Assembly (NCBI GenBank): GCA_043810925.1
Contig: JBDRNT010000069.1
Location: 64,001-128,000 of the forward strand
Source of the DNA: Candidatus Eiseniibacteriota bacterium
GTDB taxonomy: Bacteria; Arandabacterota; Arandabacteria; Arandabacterales; Arandabacteraceae
DNA length: 64,000 nt
Reading direction: 5' to 3'
In this document: one piece after another, positions 28,964 through 39,500 of the stretch
Layout: each line of letters opens with the position of its first letter
Position numbering within the stretch: the stretch's first letter is position 1
Program-made: the position numbers and the translations under genes
The notes under the pieces: generated by a model
Told to the model about the DNA's origin: nothing
Seen by the model: the letters and a program-made list of their open reading frames with translations, nothing else
Database searches by the model: none

Positions 28964-29968
28964 TTAGAGTCTGTAGTTTAAAGAGAACTTGTTCTCCCTT
29001 CCCAGCTCCTCGGCTTTGGGTACGCTCGCGTAATCGAAGTCCAGCCCGCCGCCGACGGGCACGCTGATCCCGAAACCGTAAGTGAAGCCTTCGATCTTGC
29101 CATCGTGGTCATAGATATAACCCAACCGGGGCGCCACGAAACCCGCTATCATCAGTTCCGCCCCACCGTTTAAGGTGGCATCTCTTCTGATCGCGCTCGT
29201 CTTGAATCCATCGAAAATCTCATTCAGTCCGATCAGGGTCTTGGCAAACTCCGTCGATATCAACAGCGAATAGCCTTCACCATAGAACGGCTTGAAGGCT
29301 ATACCGGTCCGCAGGGTCCTGGGCAGCGGCGCCGACTCGTCCTTGCTTACGAAACTCATGTCGGGACCGAGATTCTGAAGCGCAGCACCATAGGACAGCC
29401 GGTCATTGATTCTCCCGAGGAACCCGAAGTCCGCCGCGAAACTCCAGCCCGCACCCTCGACACCACCCGTCTCAACCGTCGCAGGGGCAAGGTACACGCG
29501 GGATATCTTGAGGCCCACGCCAAACGCATTCCTGCTGTTTAGCTTGAAGGCATAGTATCCGCCGAATGCGAATTCATAGCTAGTGTGCTCCTGCACCGGG
29601 ATGCCTTCCCTGGTCGTCTCCCACCACTTACCGTAAGTAAGGTAGATCGCACTGAATCCGAGCGTTCCGATCTCAGGGATGGCGTGGGACACATTGATCG
29701 ATTCGAAATAGACATCGTCCGCGAGCATAGGGATCAGCTGACTGTGCGTCATCGACATACGGGTGCCGTCCAAGAACCCGAGCCCACCCGGGTTCCAGTA
29801 CATAGCAGTCGCATCATCGGCAATCGCCACGAATGACTGTCCCAATCCCCAAGCACGTGCCGACGGTGAGATTATCAGTGATGGGGCAGCTGCCTCCCCA
29901 ACCGCCAGCACTTCAGAAGAAGCAAGCAGAGCCAACATCGACACCAGAAACAACACCCTACGCATCAT
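28964..29968 (-). CDS. porV: PorV/PorQ-family outer-membrane barrel (T9SS shuttle)
   Basis: SLIISPSARAWGLG, ADDATAMYWNPGGL, ALQNLGP, PLPRTLRTG; adjacent to porU. Confidence 0.85.
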   Translation of the reverse strand: MMRRVLFLVSMLALLASSEVLAVGEAAAPSLIISPSARAWGLGQSFVAIADDATAMYWNPGGLGFLDGTRMSMTHSQLIPMLADDVYFESINVSHAIPEIGTLGFSAIYLTYGKWWETTREGIPVQEHTSYEFAFGGYYAFKLNSRNAFGVGLKISRVYLAPATVETGGVEGAGWSFAADFGFLGRINDRLSYGAALQNLGPDMSFVSKDESAPLPRTLRTGIAFKPFYGEGYSLLISTEFAKTLIGLNEIFDGFKTSAIRRDATLNGGAELMIAGFVAPRLGYIYDHDGKIEGFTYGFGISVPVGGGLDFDYASVPKAEELGRENKFSLNYRL

Positions 29969-29983
29969 TCTGTCCAACCTCCA

Positions 29984-32900
29984 TCATCGTATCAGTACAA
30001 GCACTATTGTGTCCCGGGTGCTGAACCCGGGCTCAGACGGAGCAGTAGCCTCTACCACGGCCAGATAGGCTCCGTTTGCGACGGCATCACCCGCCATATC
30101 GGTGCCGTCCCATCTTAGCTGGAAGTGAGAATGCGGACCCGAAACGATACCTGCCCATATCTCCCTTCCCGACACCGTGTATATCTTCGCGCTGATTTCA
30201 ACCTCAATGCTGTTATCGTTCTCGTATTCCCAGATGATATAGCAGTCCTCGTGTGCAGGATTGGGGTACGCATAGACCGTATTGGCCGCACCGCTCACCG
30301 GAGAGCCGACATAGATGCTGTAGTCATCCGTGGTCAGGTTGTTGAGATTGTCAAATGCGGAGACACTCAACTTGTGTTCACCCACTGCGAGCGGCGGAAC
30401 GACGAACGCGGCCTCAGACACTGTGAAATCGCCATCCACAGCGTGAACACTCTCCGCAAGGTTCACCCTCTCGACATCGTCGTATGCTATCGACACAGAG
30501 GGAATGAATTCCGACTTACCCTTGATCGCCACACCACTTTCATCCGAGAGCCGGATGTCCACTCTTGCACCTACGGACAGGGTATCAACAGGCGCTACGG
30601 TCTCACCGTTATAGATAAGCTCTATCTCGGGACCTTCATCATCATCTGAGAAACCCTCTCCGCTCACCACCAGGCTGTCAAGCATGCCCGAAGCGGAGAC
30701 AATCCCGTCCGTGGCAAAACACTTCACCGTAGCCGCACTACCCTGACGGGCACTGGCGGACATGAAGAACCTCGAATCGAACACGCCGCTCTGAACGTCC
30801 GACCTGCCCCTGAACACCTCGAGACCGGGAAGAGCGTAATCGAAAAAGACCAGGGGATTGCAGCTCTGGTAACCGGTCGTATCCTCGGCCTCACGGACAC
30901 AGATGTTCGCCTGGACACCGGACCACCCTACGATGCCGCCCTGGTCATGGATGCTCGCCTGGAATTCATAAACGCTTTTTCTTGAGAGCGTTTCAGGCAC
31001 CGTAGTCTCAAAAACGACATCAAGAAGCGGTGTAGCCAGCTCCAGCATAGGATCGCCGAAGAGCGCATAGACTTCATTGTTCATCCAGTATGTCCTCCGG
31101 TCCGACGCGGACGCAATTGTCAGCCACTTCGCCAGGGCTACCGCATCTGCGATCGGAACAGTGGGGTCCTTATCTCCGGTGGGAAATAACTGCTGGATAA
31201 CGTTGAGATTCATTATCTGATTCGGCAGCGGAAAGGCCAGGTGTGTAGATGCAAGTGATCCGATGGTCCCGCCTCCGGGACGCCGGAGCAGGTTCTCTGC
31301 AACCGAAGATGACTGGGGCTCGTCGAATTTGCTGACATTACAGCTTGCCGCAATCAGGAAGGTCTCCCGGCGGCCCGTCTCGACGAGATCGACCGAGGCG
31401 GGGTTAAAGACCTCTTCCTGGGTCCACCTGAACTGGTCCCCGTGACCCACGAAATTGGTGATCAGGGCACCCCGGTTCAGATGTTTGACAAAATCGGCCC
31501 TTGCTTTGGGTTTAACCCCGCCGGTATCCATCGGGTATTCGGTCAGATATATCTTTACATGGTCAAACACACGCGGGTAGGCCTCGTCACTCAACTCCTC
31601 GACGTTCCCGACATGCGGGCTATTCTGCTCACAGCCTTGGTTCACGTGGTCATCGTCGGCTACGAGGATCACCCTGTTCTGCCACAGCCCACACTCGGGA
31701 TTCGATGCGTAATTCAATTGCTTCGCAACCAGGAGCTCCGCCTCCTCCGGGGATGCGGCAGGAAGCCGTGAGATCCCGACCGTCGGGTAGTCGGCAATGC
31801 TGTCGTTGCGGACCGGCGCAAGGTAGGCAAACCAGTCATCGGTGTTGTACGGGTTTCCAAACGGCGGCAGATACCTGCGTTCATACGATGGAACATAATT
31901 CGGATAGGGGGCATTCTGTATGTAACTCTTGTAATCCCAGGTGGCATCGCCGAGAAGCAGTACCCATGACAGCGAACCGCTCTCATACCTCCACCTTAAG
32001 AAATCCCTTATCGCGGTCACGTCGGGAACACCCCAGCCGAATTCATCGAAGATCTGCTCAGTGGTCACCACTTCACCATCATGGAAATCAGAGATCGTTG
32101 TCGCGGCATCAAGCAGGTCTTCATGCGTGACCACACAATAGGGTGCACCGGGTCCATTGCGGATGTCGGCGATCGCGGCCTGACTCATTGCGGCAGGCTT
32201 TCGGAGCGCACCTGGTGCGACGACCGCATAGCGCCGTGGCATCCCCTTGCTGATGGTATCACGCACCGTGAACGCGTATGAAGTAAAGCCCTCGCCGGTC
32301 GTGTCCTCGGCGCCCAAGAGCTCCCGTATATCGAACTGGTCGGTCACATCGAAGACATAGACCGAAGGTGAAGTGAACCCGCCTATAGCATATTCCACAG
32401 TGCAGGTGGAATCCGGAGCGGGAAAGAAAATCCGGTTTCCCACAGCAGTGAACTTCCTCCAGTAGTAAAACTCCAGCCACGCCACATAGAGCTGGTCGCA
32501 AACACTCTCTTCTTCATAAGGCGGAAGCAGGTCGGAGGGAGCTTCCATTCTCAGCGATTGGGTTTGCGTGGCCGTTAGCCGCGTGGTCTCTGCCCTGACG
32601 TCTACGACTCTGAGGTTCGACGATGAGGCCCGCCAGGTCGTATCCGCTATCGCCGGTCGACCGTTGAGCTCAAGGATCAGCCTGTAGAAAGCGTTTGCAC
32701 ACCCGCTGCCTGCCTCAAATGAGAACCAGTCGGCGATACGAGCTTTGACGACCGCCTTCCTGTCGGTATCCGGGAACGGCGTATCCAGGGTGAAGAAGGT
32801 AGGACTGTCGATCCTGAGATGCCGCCAGTACCAGCCGTCATCCGCACGGACACCGAAGTTGACGAATACGTCCTTTTCCATGTGAACGCGTTCGTAAAAC

Positions 32901-34012
32901 GACTCCGGCACGTAGGCAGAGCAGCCGTCGCATCCGGGCATCATGACAGTCTCCATCCGGCCCGGCTCTTCACTGAAGGTCCCGCCCCAGGTCAGCCAGT
33001 AGCAGTTGGAGGTCGAGAAGAAACTCTTGTAGTAAACGTCATTCGCCCTGTCCTTGTCGTAGAGGTCGGCCCAGTCACGCATACCCAGACCGTAGAAGAG
33101 AATGCTGTCGGCGCTACCGAAACTGCCGTCGCCACCATCAACGATTTTAACGGGAACGGATCTCATCCAGACCGGATTCCTGTCGGCGAGGCTCTCACTA
33201 AGCGGAAGCCCACCTCCGTTGTAGAGCCGGATCGTACCCGGATCGATGCCACCGATCGCGGCGCCGATGCCGGCAAGGTCCCGGCCCGTTACACAGTAGA
33301 CGCCGGTCGACTCAACCCGGATCTTTATCCACATCGAGTTCGGCGCATCGGTGAAGTAATCCCCCTCTTGGAGCCTCCGCACAGGTCTCCGCCGCCACAT
33401 CCTGCCCTGTTCGTAGTTGAGGATGCCCGTGCGGTATGCGGCTTCGCTTCTGTCGTCGAGGGATGTGACCGCCGGCGGCGCGGACCTCTGCGGTGCTCGC
33501 TCGTCACCGAAGTCGATGGTGACCTTAAGACGAGTGTAGACCCTTACCACACCCGCCTGTCTGTCATAGACAAGCGGAGCAATGCGAAGCGCTATTACAC
33601 GCTGGTCCCTGAAGTAACCGTCCGCCATGATCTCGGCCACCCGATCAGGTATATCCGCCATCTCGTCCCCCGGCCCATCCGCCAAGTGTGAGATAGCATA
33701 ATGCTCTATAGTATAAGACGTTACATCGCTTACATGATACGTTACATTAGCGTCGACGGGAACTGCTACAAGGTAAGCCTTTGCCGGTGCGGAGAAGCCC
33801 GCGCTCTCGTCACACACGGAAACAAAGCCGGGGACCCTGACACCGGACCACTGTCCCTCATCACCAACGACTTCTTCGATACGGCTGATTTCAAACAGGA
33901 GCTCAAGGTGCGAGTCACCGGTACTCACTATGGCCGGCGAGCTCAAGAGCTGACCCGGCGGGCTCGCCACCAGGAGCAGCCACCCGACCCAGAATGCGAG
34001 TTTAGTTTTCAA
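29984..34012 (-). CDS. porU: C25 (gingipain-family) PorU-like sortase with C-terminal FlgD-Ig/CTD
   Basis: C25 propeptide-like N-terminus, LLLGDATWDYK, TDDWF, catalytic FVGHG and ASCN, LFGDP, AFDNLNN, YPNP...WDGTD...VANGAY. Confidence 0.85.
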   Translation of the reverse strand: MKTKLAFWVGWLLLVASPPGQLLSSPAIVSTGDSHLELLFEISRIEEVVGDEGQWSGVRVPGFVSVCDESAGFSAPAKAYLVAVPVDANVTYHVSDVTSYTIEHYAISHLADGPGDEMADIPDRVAEIMADGYFRDQRVIALRIAPLVYDRQAGVVRVYTRLKVTIDFGDERAPQRSAPPAVTSLDDRSEAAYRTGILNYEQGRMWRRRPVRRLQEGDYFTDAPNSMWIKIRVESTGVYCVTGRDLAGIGAAIGGIDPGTIRLYNGGGLPLSESLADRNPVWMRSVPVKIVDGGDGSFGSADSILFYGLGMRDWADLYDKDRANDVYYKSFFSTSNCYWLTWGGTFSEEPGRMETVMMPGCDGCSAYVPESFYERVHMEKDVFVNFGVRADDGWYWRHLRIDSPTFFTLDTPFPDTDRKAVVKARIADWFSFEAGSGCANAFYRLILELNGRPAIADTTWRASSSNLRVVDVRAETTRLTATQTQSLRMEAPSDLLPPYEEESVCDQLYVAWLEFYYWRKFTAVGNRIFFPAPDSTCTVEYAIGGFTSPSVYVFDVTDQFDIRELLGAEDTTGEGFTSYAFTVRDTISKGMPRRYAVVAPGALRKPAAMSQAAIADIRNGPGAPYCVVTHEDLLDAATTISDFHDGEVVTTEQIFDEFGWGVPDVTAIRDFLRWRYESGSLSWVLLLGDATWDYKSYIQNAPYPNYVPSYERRYLPPFGNPYNTDDWFAYLAPVRNDSIADYPTVGISRLPAASPEEAELLVAKQLNYASNPECGLWQNRVILVADDDHVNQGCEQNSPHVGNVEELSDEAYPRVFDHVKIYLTEYPMDTGGVKPKARADFVKHLNRGALITNFVGHGDQFRWTQEEVFNPASVDLVETGRRETFLIAASCNVSKFDEPQSSSVAENLLRRPGGGTIGSLASTHLAFPLPNQIMNLNVIQQLFPTGDKDPTVPIADAVALAKWLTIASASDRRTYWMNNEVYALFGDPMLELATPLLDVVFETTVPETLSRKSVYEFQASIHDQGGIVGWSGVQANICVREAEDTTGYQSCNPLVFFDYALPGLEVFRGRSDVQSGVFDSRFFMSASARQGSAATVKCFATDGIVSASGMLDSLVVSGEGFSDDDEGPEIELIYNGETVAPVDTLSVGARVDIRLSDESGVAIKGKSEFIPSVSIAYDDVERVNLAESVHAVDGDFTVSEAAFVVPPLAVGEHKLSVSAFDNLNNLTTDDYSIYVGSPVSGAANTVYAYPNPAHEDCYIIWEYENDNSIEVEISAKIYTVSGREIWAGIVSGPHSHFQLRWDGTDMAGDAVANGAYLAVVEATAPSEPGFSTRDTIVLVLIR

Positions 34013-34431
34013 TTCCGGCCTCCGGCTACCAGTACCGCGACAACCACCAGCCCTACGGAGAATGCCGACATAACGATCTCCCCCGCACGGCCCCGTCCTC
34101 CCACCGCCCTGCCGTGCTTTATCAATCCTGAGTGGGTGGGAAAGACCTTGCTCCGCTCAGGGATGATACCGCATTTCCAGATCAGGTTCTCGAAATCCGG
34201 GGCGACGGCCCCGAGTGCTCCCAGGAAAACAGGCGAGAAGCCTGAAACCAGCAGGATTCCCCCCAGCAAAGCCAGTGTCAGTACAGCATCCACGCGAAAA
34301 TCCTCGAAGTCGATATGAGGAACCGCGTCAAGAGGGATATGCGACACGAAACCCACGGCAAATGCAGGCAGTCGACTGTCTAAGAAGCTGCCGATCAATG
34401 CCCCGGCAGCAACATGCACGACTGAACACAT
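34009..34431 (-). CDS. Small membrane protein with His/Asp motifs (possible metal-dependent hydrolase)
   Basis: HVAAGA, SHIPLDAVPH, APD; hydrophobic. Confidence 0.6.
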   Translation of the reverse strand: MCSVVHVAAGALIGSFLDSRLPAFAVGFVSHIPLDAVPHIDFEDFRVDAVLTLALLGGILLVSGFSPVFLGALGAVAPDFENLIWKCGIIPERSKVFPTHSGLIKHGRAVGGRGRAGEIVMSAFSVGLVVVAVLVAGGRN

Positions 34432-34433
34432 TG

Positions 34434-34604
34434 CTACTCTACCCTCTCCGCCTCCTGTTCCAGCATAACGGGTATGTCATCCTTGACGGGATATGCCAGC
34501 TTGCAGCTCCCGCATACCAGCCTTGACTTCTCCCGGTCGTAGTCCAGTTCGCCTTTGCATTTGGGACACACGAGAATCCGGAGCATCTTCTCATCCAGTG
34601 CCAT
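34434..34604 (-). CDS. Trm112/YcaR-family zinc-binding protein
   Basis: LVCPKCKGEL...LVCGSCKLAYPVKDDIPVML; start revised to ATG 34604. Confidence 0.9.
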   Translation of the reverse strand: MALDEKMLRILVCPKCKGELDYDREKSRLVCGSCKLAYPVKDDIPVMLEQEAERVE

Positions 34605-34621
34605 AGTATTCCCCCCGGGTG

Positions 34622-34651
34622 AAAAAAATCCGGGCAGTGTACCACGCCCGG
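34622..34651 (-). terminator. Intrinsic terminator-like hairpin
   Basis: Minus strand CCGGGCG-tggtacac-TGCCCGG followed by A and T7. Confidence 0.6.
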
Positions 34652-34664
34652 CTGGATACGCCAA
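34636..34664 (-). promoter_or_regulatory. Sigma70-type promoter overlapping the terminator hairpin
   Basis: TTGGCG-17-TACACT with TGn extension. Confidence 0.45.
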
Positions 34665-34710
34665 CTAGCCAACTCTCCCCTCCATTATACGGGGAGCCGG
34701 AACCACTCCA

Positions 34711-34739
34711 AATCTAACAAAATGCCGCGCGATGGTCAA
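34711..34739 (-). promoter_or_regulatory. Sigma70-type promoter just after the accA stop
   Basis: TTGACC-17-TAGATT with TGn extension. Confidence 0.5.
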
Positions 34740-34747
34740 GCCCATAA

Positions 34748-35701
34748 TCACTCCGTAAAGATACCCATCTTTGAGTACTTATCCAGCCTCCTGTCCAGCA
34801 GTTCGGACACCGGAGTCCTGGTCAGGATCTCGAGATTCTCCGAAATACACCTCTTAAGGGCATCGGCCGCGTTACGCGGGTCACGGTGAGCGCCGCCCAC
34901 CGGTTCCGGGACAATCCCATCAACAACTCCCAGCTGAAGCAGATCAGGCGCGGTCAAACGAAGAGCCTCAGCCGCCTGCTCCGCCTTCCCCCTGTCCCCC
35001 CAGAGTATGGCCGCACATCCTTCCGGAGAAATCACCGAGTAGATCGCATATTCCATCATAAGGACTATGTCCCCCACTCCGATCCCAAGTGCCCCTCCAC
35101 TGCCACCCTCACCTATTATGATGACGAGAATCGGAACAGGTAACCTCGACATTTCAATAAGGTTTCTGGCTATGGCTTCTGCCTGCCCTCTCTCCTCCGC
35201 ACCGATACCGGGAAAGGCACCGGGCGTGTCAACGAGGGTCAGGATCGGTTTCCCGAACTTCGCAGCCATCTTCATGAGTCTCAGGGCTTTCCGGTAACCT
35301 TCCGGGTGCGGCATACCGAAGTTCCTGGCCAGGTTCTCCTTTGTGTCTCGTCCCTTCTGCTGCCCGATTATGACCACCTTGTAACCGCCCACTACCGCAA
35401 GCCCGCCGATCACGGCCTTGTCCTCGCCATAGAGTCTGTCACCATGGAGTTCAACGAAATCGGAGGCAATCATGCCGATATAGTCGCTGCTGTAGGGGCG
35501 CAGCGGATGCCTGGCCAGTTGTACCCGCTCCCACCGGGTGAGCTTCTCATAGGTCTCCCGCCGCTTCTTATCAGCGATCCGCTCGAGCTTGGCAACCTGC
35601 TCGGCTATCTCCGGGTGCCCGGCGCCGGCCAGGGACCTCAGGTCCCTGATCTGTTTTTCCAACTCCAGGAGCGGCTTTTCGAAATCAAGCCAGGATTCCA
35701 T
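34748..35701 (-). CDS. accA: Acetyl-CoA carboxylase carboxyltransferase alpha subunit
   Basis: LDFEKP, ARHPLRP, ELHGDR, PEGYRKA, GEGGSGGA, YSVISPEGCA; start revised to ATG 35701. Confidence 0.97.
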   Translation of the reverse strand: MESWLDFEKPLLELEKQIRDLRSLAGAGHPEIAEQVAKLERIADKKRRETYEKLTRWERVQLARHPLRPYSSDYIGMIASDFVELHGDRLYGEDKAVIGGLAVVGGYKVVIIGQQKGRDTKENLARNFGMPHPEGYRKALRLMKMAAKFGKPILTLVDTPGAFPGIGAEERGQAEAIARNLIEMSRLPVPILVIIIGEGGSGGALGIGVGDIVLMMEYAIYSVISPEGCAAILWGDRGKAEQAAEALRLTAPDLLQLGVVDGIVPEPVGGAHRDPRNAADALKRCISENLEILTRTPVSELLDRRLDKYSKMGIFTE

Positions 35702-35712
35702 TCGTCTCCACC

Positions 35713-36561
35713 CTACAGGAAACCGTAGTACACTATACTCAGTCCCCTGTTCCACTTCCGCAAATCCTCAACACCGTCCTGCGAGAGCCCATCCTTCGCG
35801 GAAACGTCCCTGACCTCAAGCGATAGTGCGAAGTTCTCGTTAAGGTGCCAGACAACGGAAGCGTTAAGATAACCGCGATCCTCAACGATCTCCCATTTGC
35901 CCTCGTTGTCGTTGGTTGCAACGTCGTATTCGGCCCGCAGGTCGAGGAAGCCTCCGAACGACTTGATCAGGCCTGCAAAGACCGTAAGGTCATTGTCTGC
36001 TGTGTTTTCAAGCGAATAGCTCAAGCCTCCGTGAAGTGAGAGCGCTCCTAAGAGCTCCCAGTTCTTGCTGGCAACGGCAAATACCCCCCTCGATTTCACG
36101 AGATACCTTTCCTCACCGTACTTCTCCTTGTCATCCAGAAATTCCCCGTACCCCTGAGAGTCAAACCCGATCGCGATCGCTGGAGTCAGCACGGATTCCT
36201 CGATGAGCCTGGCCTTAAGATTCACCGCGGGTTCGGGATTCATGACGGGATCGTCGCTCCCGATGACATTATAGCCGCCGTAGGATATACCGAAACTGAA
36301 ATACCGCGCAAAGCCGACGCTCAGGCTCAGGAGCAGGCCGCCGTCCGCATAGATGTCCGTCTCAATACGAAACCCGCGTCTCGGCAGAAGCCCTGCCGTG
36401 GGGAAGTCAACGATTCTGACAGGCTGTGCCTGGAGCCCTACGGGGGCCGGCTCTCCGGTCTCAGGGGGCGCAGGAAGTACGTCCGACGCGGCAAGTACAA
36501 GCAAGACGGCGAGAATTATCACCTTGCGGTCCAATTCGATCCTCCTTGGCTTCATGAACAA
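35713..36561 (-). CDS. Predicted outer-membrane beta-barrel (YjbH-like) protein
   Basis: Signal peptide, IVDFPTAGLLP, AIGFDSQG, alternating beta-strand pattern. Confidence 0.6.
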   Translation of the reverse strand: MFMKPRRIELDRKVIILAVLLVLAASDVLPAPPETGEPAPVGLQAQPVRIVDFPTAGLLPRRGFRIETDIYADGGLLLSLSVGFARYFSFGISYGGYNVIGSDDPVMNPEPAVNLKARLIEESVLTPAIAIGFDSQGYGEFLDDKEKYGEERYLVKSRGVFAVASKNWELLGALSLHGGLSYSLENTADNDLTVFAGLIKSFGGFLDLRAEYDVATNDNEGKWEIVEDRGYLNASVVWHLNENFALSLEVRDVSAKDGLSQDGVEDLRKWNRGLSIVYYGFL

Positions 36562-36566
36562 GCCAC

Positions 36567-36595
36567 AGGCTATCAGAATCCACTATTCCCGTCAA
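36567..36595 (-). promoter_or_regulatory. Sigma70-type promoter, probably leaderless transcript
   Basis: TTGACG-17-TAGCCT ending 5 nt before TTG 36561 (11 nt before ATG 36555). Confidence 0.5.
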
Positions 36596-36599
36596 CAAC

Positions 36600-39500
36600 C
36601 TATCGGAACCTCCTGCGGCGGCGTGGTTTGGGGATCAGCCTGACGTTGGTCACACCCTCTATACCGTCAAGTGCCGCGATCAAGTCCCGGGTCGGCTTGA
36701 CCCGTGCCTTCGGCATTTGCAGCACGACATCTCCTACCTGCTCGCTCAGGACAACGAGGGAGACCGGTGCGGAACCGGGATTGGACGAAAGCATACCTTT
36801 CAGGATCTCAAGGGCGCTCTCCGTGATTTTCTTGCCGTCGACATCGATCTCCAGTTTGCCAGTAAGGGCCTCGATCGACGATTCCAGCTCGACGAAGTCG
36901 TCGACCCGTATCTTGGGCTGGTCTTCGTTCCGGTATGAGACGGTACCGTACACGATCACCATCACCCCCTCGACAAGCTTCTCACCGGCCGCCTTGAGTG
37001 TATTACTGAAGAACACCGATTCCATCTGACCGGTCAGGTCCTCAAGCAAGACAAACCCTATTTTATTACCGTCTCTTGACACATGAATCTTCTTGCCGCT
37101 GATGATTCCGGCGACGACCACGCCTTTGCCGTCCTTCATCCGCTTGGCCTCGGCGATCGCGGTGGTTGTGAAGGCATCGATTTCACGTCTGTATCTGGAG
37201 AGCGGGTGCCCGGATGAGTAGAAACCCAGGACATCTCGCTCATGGGCGAGTTTCTCCATCAGCGACCACTCATGCGCATAAGGCAATTGCCTCGATATGC
37301 CGCTTTGCTCTCCCTGCGTCTCGAGTATTCGCAAGAGCGAGGTCTGCCCGGTGTTCCGATCCCGCTGGAGCTTCTGACCCACGGCCATCGCAGCTTCCAC
37401 ACCTGCGAGAAGCTGGGCCCTGTGGCCATCCATCGAATCAAGGGCACCTGCGTATATCAGGCTTTCAAGTACGCGTTTGTTGACGCTCTTTAGATCAGTC
37501 CTGTCGCACATCTGGAATATGGTCGTGAAGGGCCCGCCTTCCAGGCGGACCGCAACGATGATGTCAATCGCCGACCGGCCGACGTTCTTGACTGCAGCAA
37601 GCCCGAAACGTATGCCCTCAGGAGTCACCGTGAAGTCGGCCTCGCTCTGGTTTATGTCCGGTGGCAGCACGCGTATACCCAGGCGCCTGCACTCGTCGAG
37701 CAGGATCACTATCCTGTCGGTGTTACCCGTCTCGCTCGATAGGCATGCCGCCATGAATTCCGTAGGGTACTTGACCTTCAGATACGCGGTCTGGTATGAC
37801 AGCAGCGCGTATGCGGCACTGTGGGATTTGTTGAAGCCGTATCCCGCGAAGTAAGCTATCTTGCTGAAGATCCGCTCGGCAACGTCCTCGGAGAGCCCGC
37901 TGGCCATAGCGCCCTTTACGAAATTGCGGCGCTGCTGGTCCATCACCTCGGTTTCCTTCTTACCCATCGCTCTACGCAGGATGTCGGCCTGGCCCTTGGT
38001 AAAGCCGGCGAGTTTGCTTGCGATCTCGATAACCTGCTCCTGGTAGAGGATCACCCCGTAGGTGTCCTTCAAGATGGGCTCCAGGAGCGGATCCTCGTAG
38101 TCTGTCTCCCTTTGTCCCCGCTTCCTCTTTATGAAGAGCTCCACCATCTCGCTCCCGAGAGGACCGGGTCTGTGGAGCGCGTTTATCGCGACGATGTCCT
38201 CAAATCGCTCAGGCCGGATGCGTCTCAGGAGATCCCTCAGTCCGCTGCTTTCAAGCTGGAACACGCCCACGGTCTGTCCCTCACTCAGCATCCCGTAAAC
38301 GTCCCTGTCATCCAGGGCGACCTCGTCCATCTTGATATCGACGTCATGCTTCTTCCTGATCATCTCGAGCGCGTCGTGCATGATGCTCAACGTTGTGAGC
38401 CCCAGGAAGTCCATCTTGAGAAGGCCGACGCTCTCGATTGAGTTCATGTCGTACTGGGTCACGATCTCGCCCTTGGCACCCCGGTAAAGCGGCACATAAT
38501 CGATCAGGTTACCCGGAGTGATGAGGACCCCCGCGGCATGCGTGGAAGCATGCCTCGCGAGACCCTCCAGCCGCTGGGCCATCTCTATCAGTTCACTGAA
38601 CCTCTCGCTGGTTGCCGCCTGCTTGAACTCGGAGACGCGGTCGAGCGCGGAATCGATCGTAACTCCCGGTTCGGCAGGAACCAGCTTGGCGATTCTGTCA
38701 ACGTCCGGTATGGGGATCTTAAGCACCCTGCCCACATCCCTTATCGCCGCCCGCGCAGCCATTGTGCCGAACGTGATTATCTGTGCGACACTTTCCTTCC
38801 CGTACTTGCGCATTACGTAGTCGATCACCTCAGGCCGGCGCTTGTCACAGAAGTCTATGTCTATGTCCGGCATGCTGATCCGCTCGGGATTCAAGAAACG
38901 CTCAAAGAGAAGACCGAATTTCAGGGGATCGATGTCGGTTATGCCGAGGGAGTATGAGACCAGGCTGCCGGCGGCCGATCCCCTGCCGGGACCGACCGGT
39001 ATACCCATTCCCCGCGCGGCATCAACAAGATCTTTTATTATCAGGAAGTAGCTTGAGTAGTTCATCTGTTCGATTATGCGAAGCTCATACTCAAGACGCT
39101 CCGTCGCCTCCCTGTGCTCACCCTGGTATCTGCCTTCGAGACCCTGCCGCGCCAGATGGCGGAGATAGGCGTCGGCATCCGTGTATCCCTCGGGAATAGG
39201 GAAGTTGGGGAGTCTGATCCTGCCGAGTTCAAGGTCGAGGTTGCACTTCTCTGCGACCTCGACCGTGTTGGTCACCGCCTCCGGCATCTCGGTGAAAAGA
39301 TCTTTCATCTCGTCCGGACTCTTGAAATAGAACTCATCATTGGCAAACTTGAGTCGCGTCGGATCGTCAAGGTCCCGCCCCGTCTGAAGACAGAGCAAAA
39401 TGTCCTGGGCCCGGGCATCATCCTTCAAGACATAGTGACAATCATTGGTTGCAACCACCGGGATATCGAGCTCATCCTTGAGTTTCAACACGCCCTTTAT

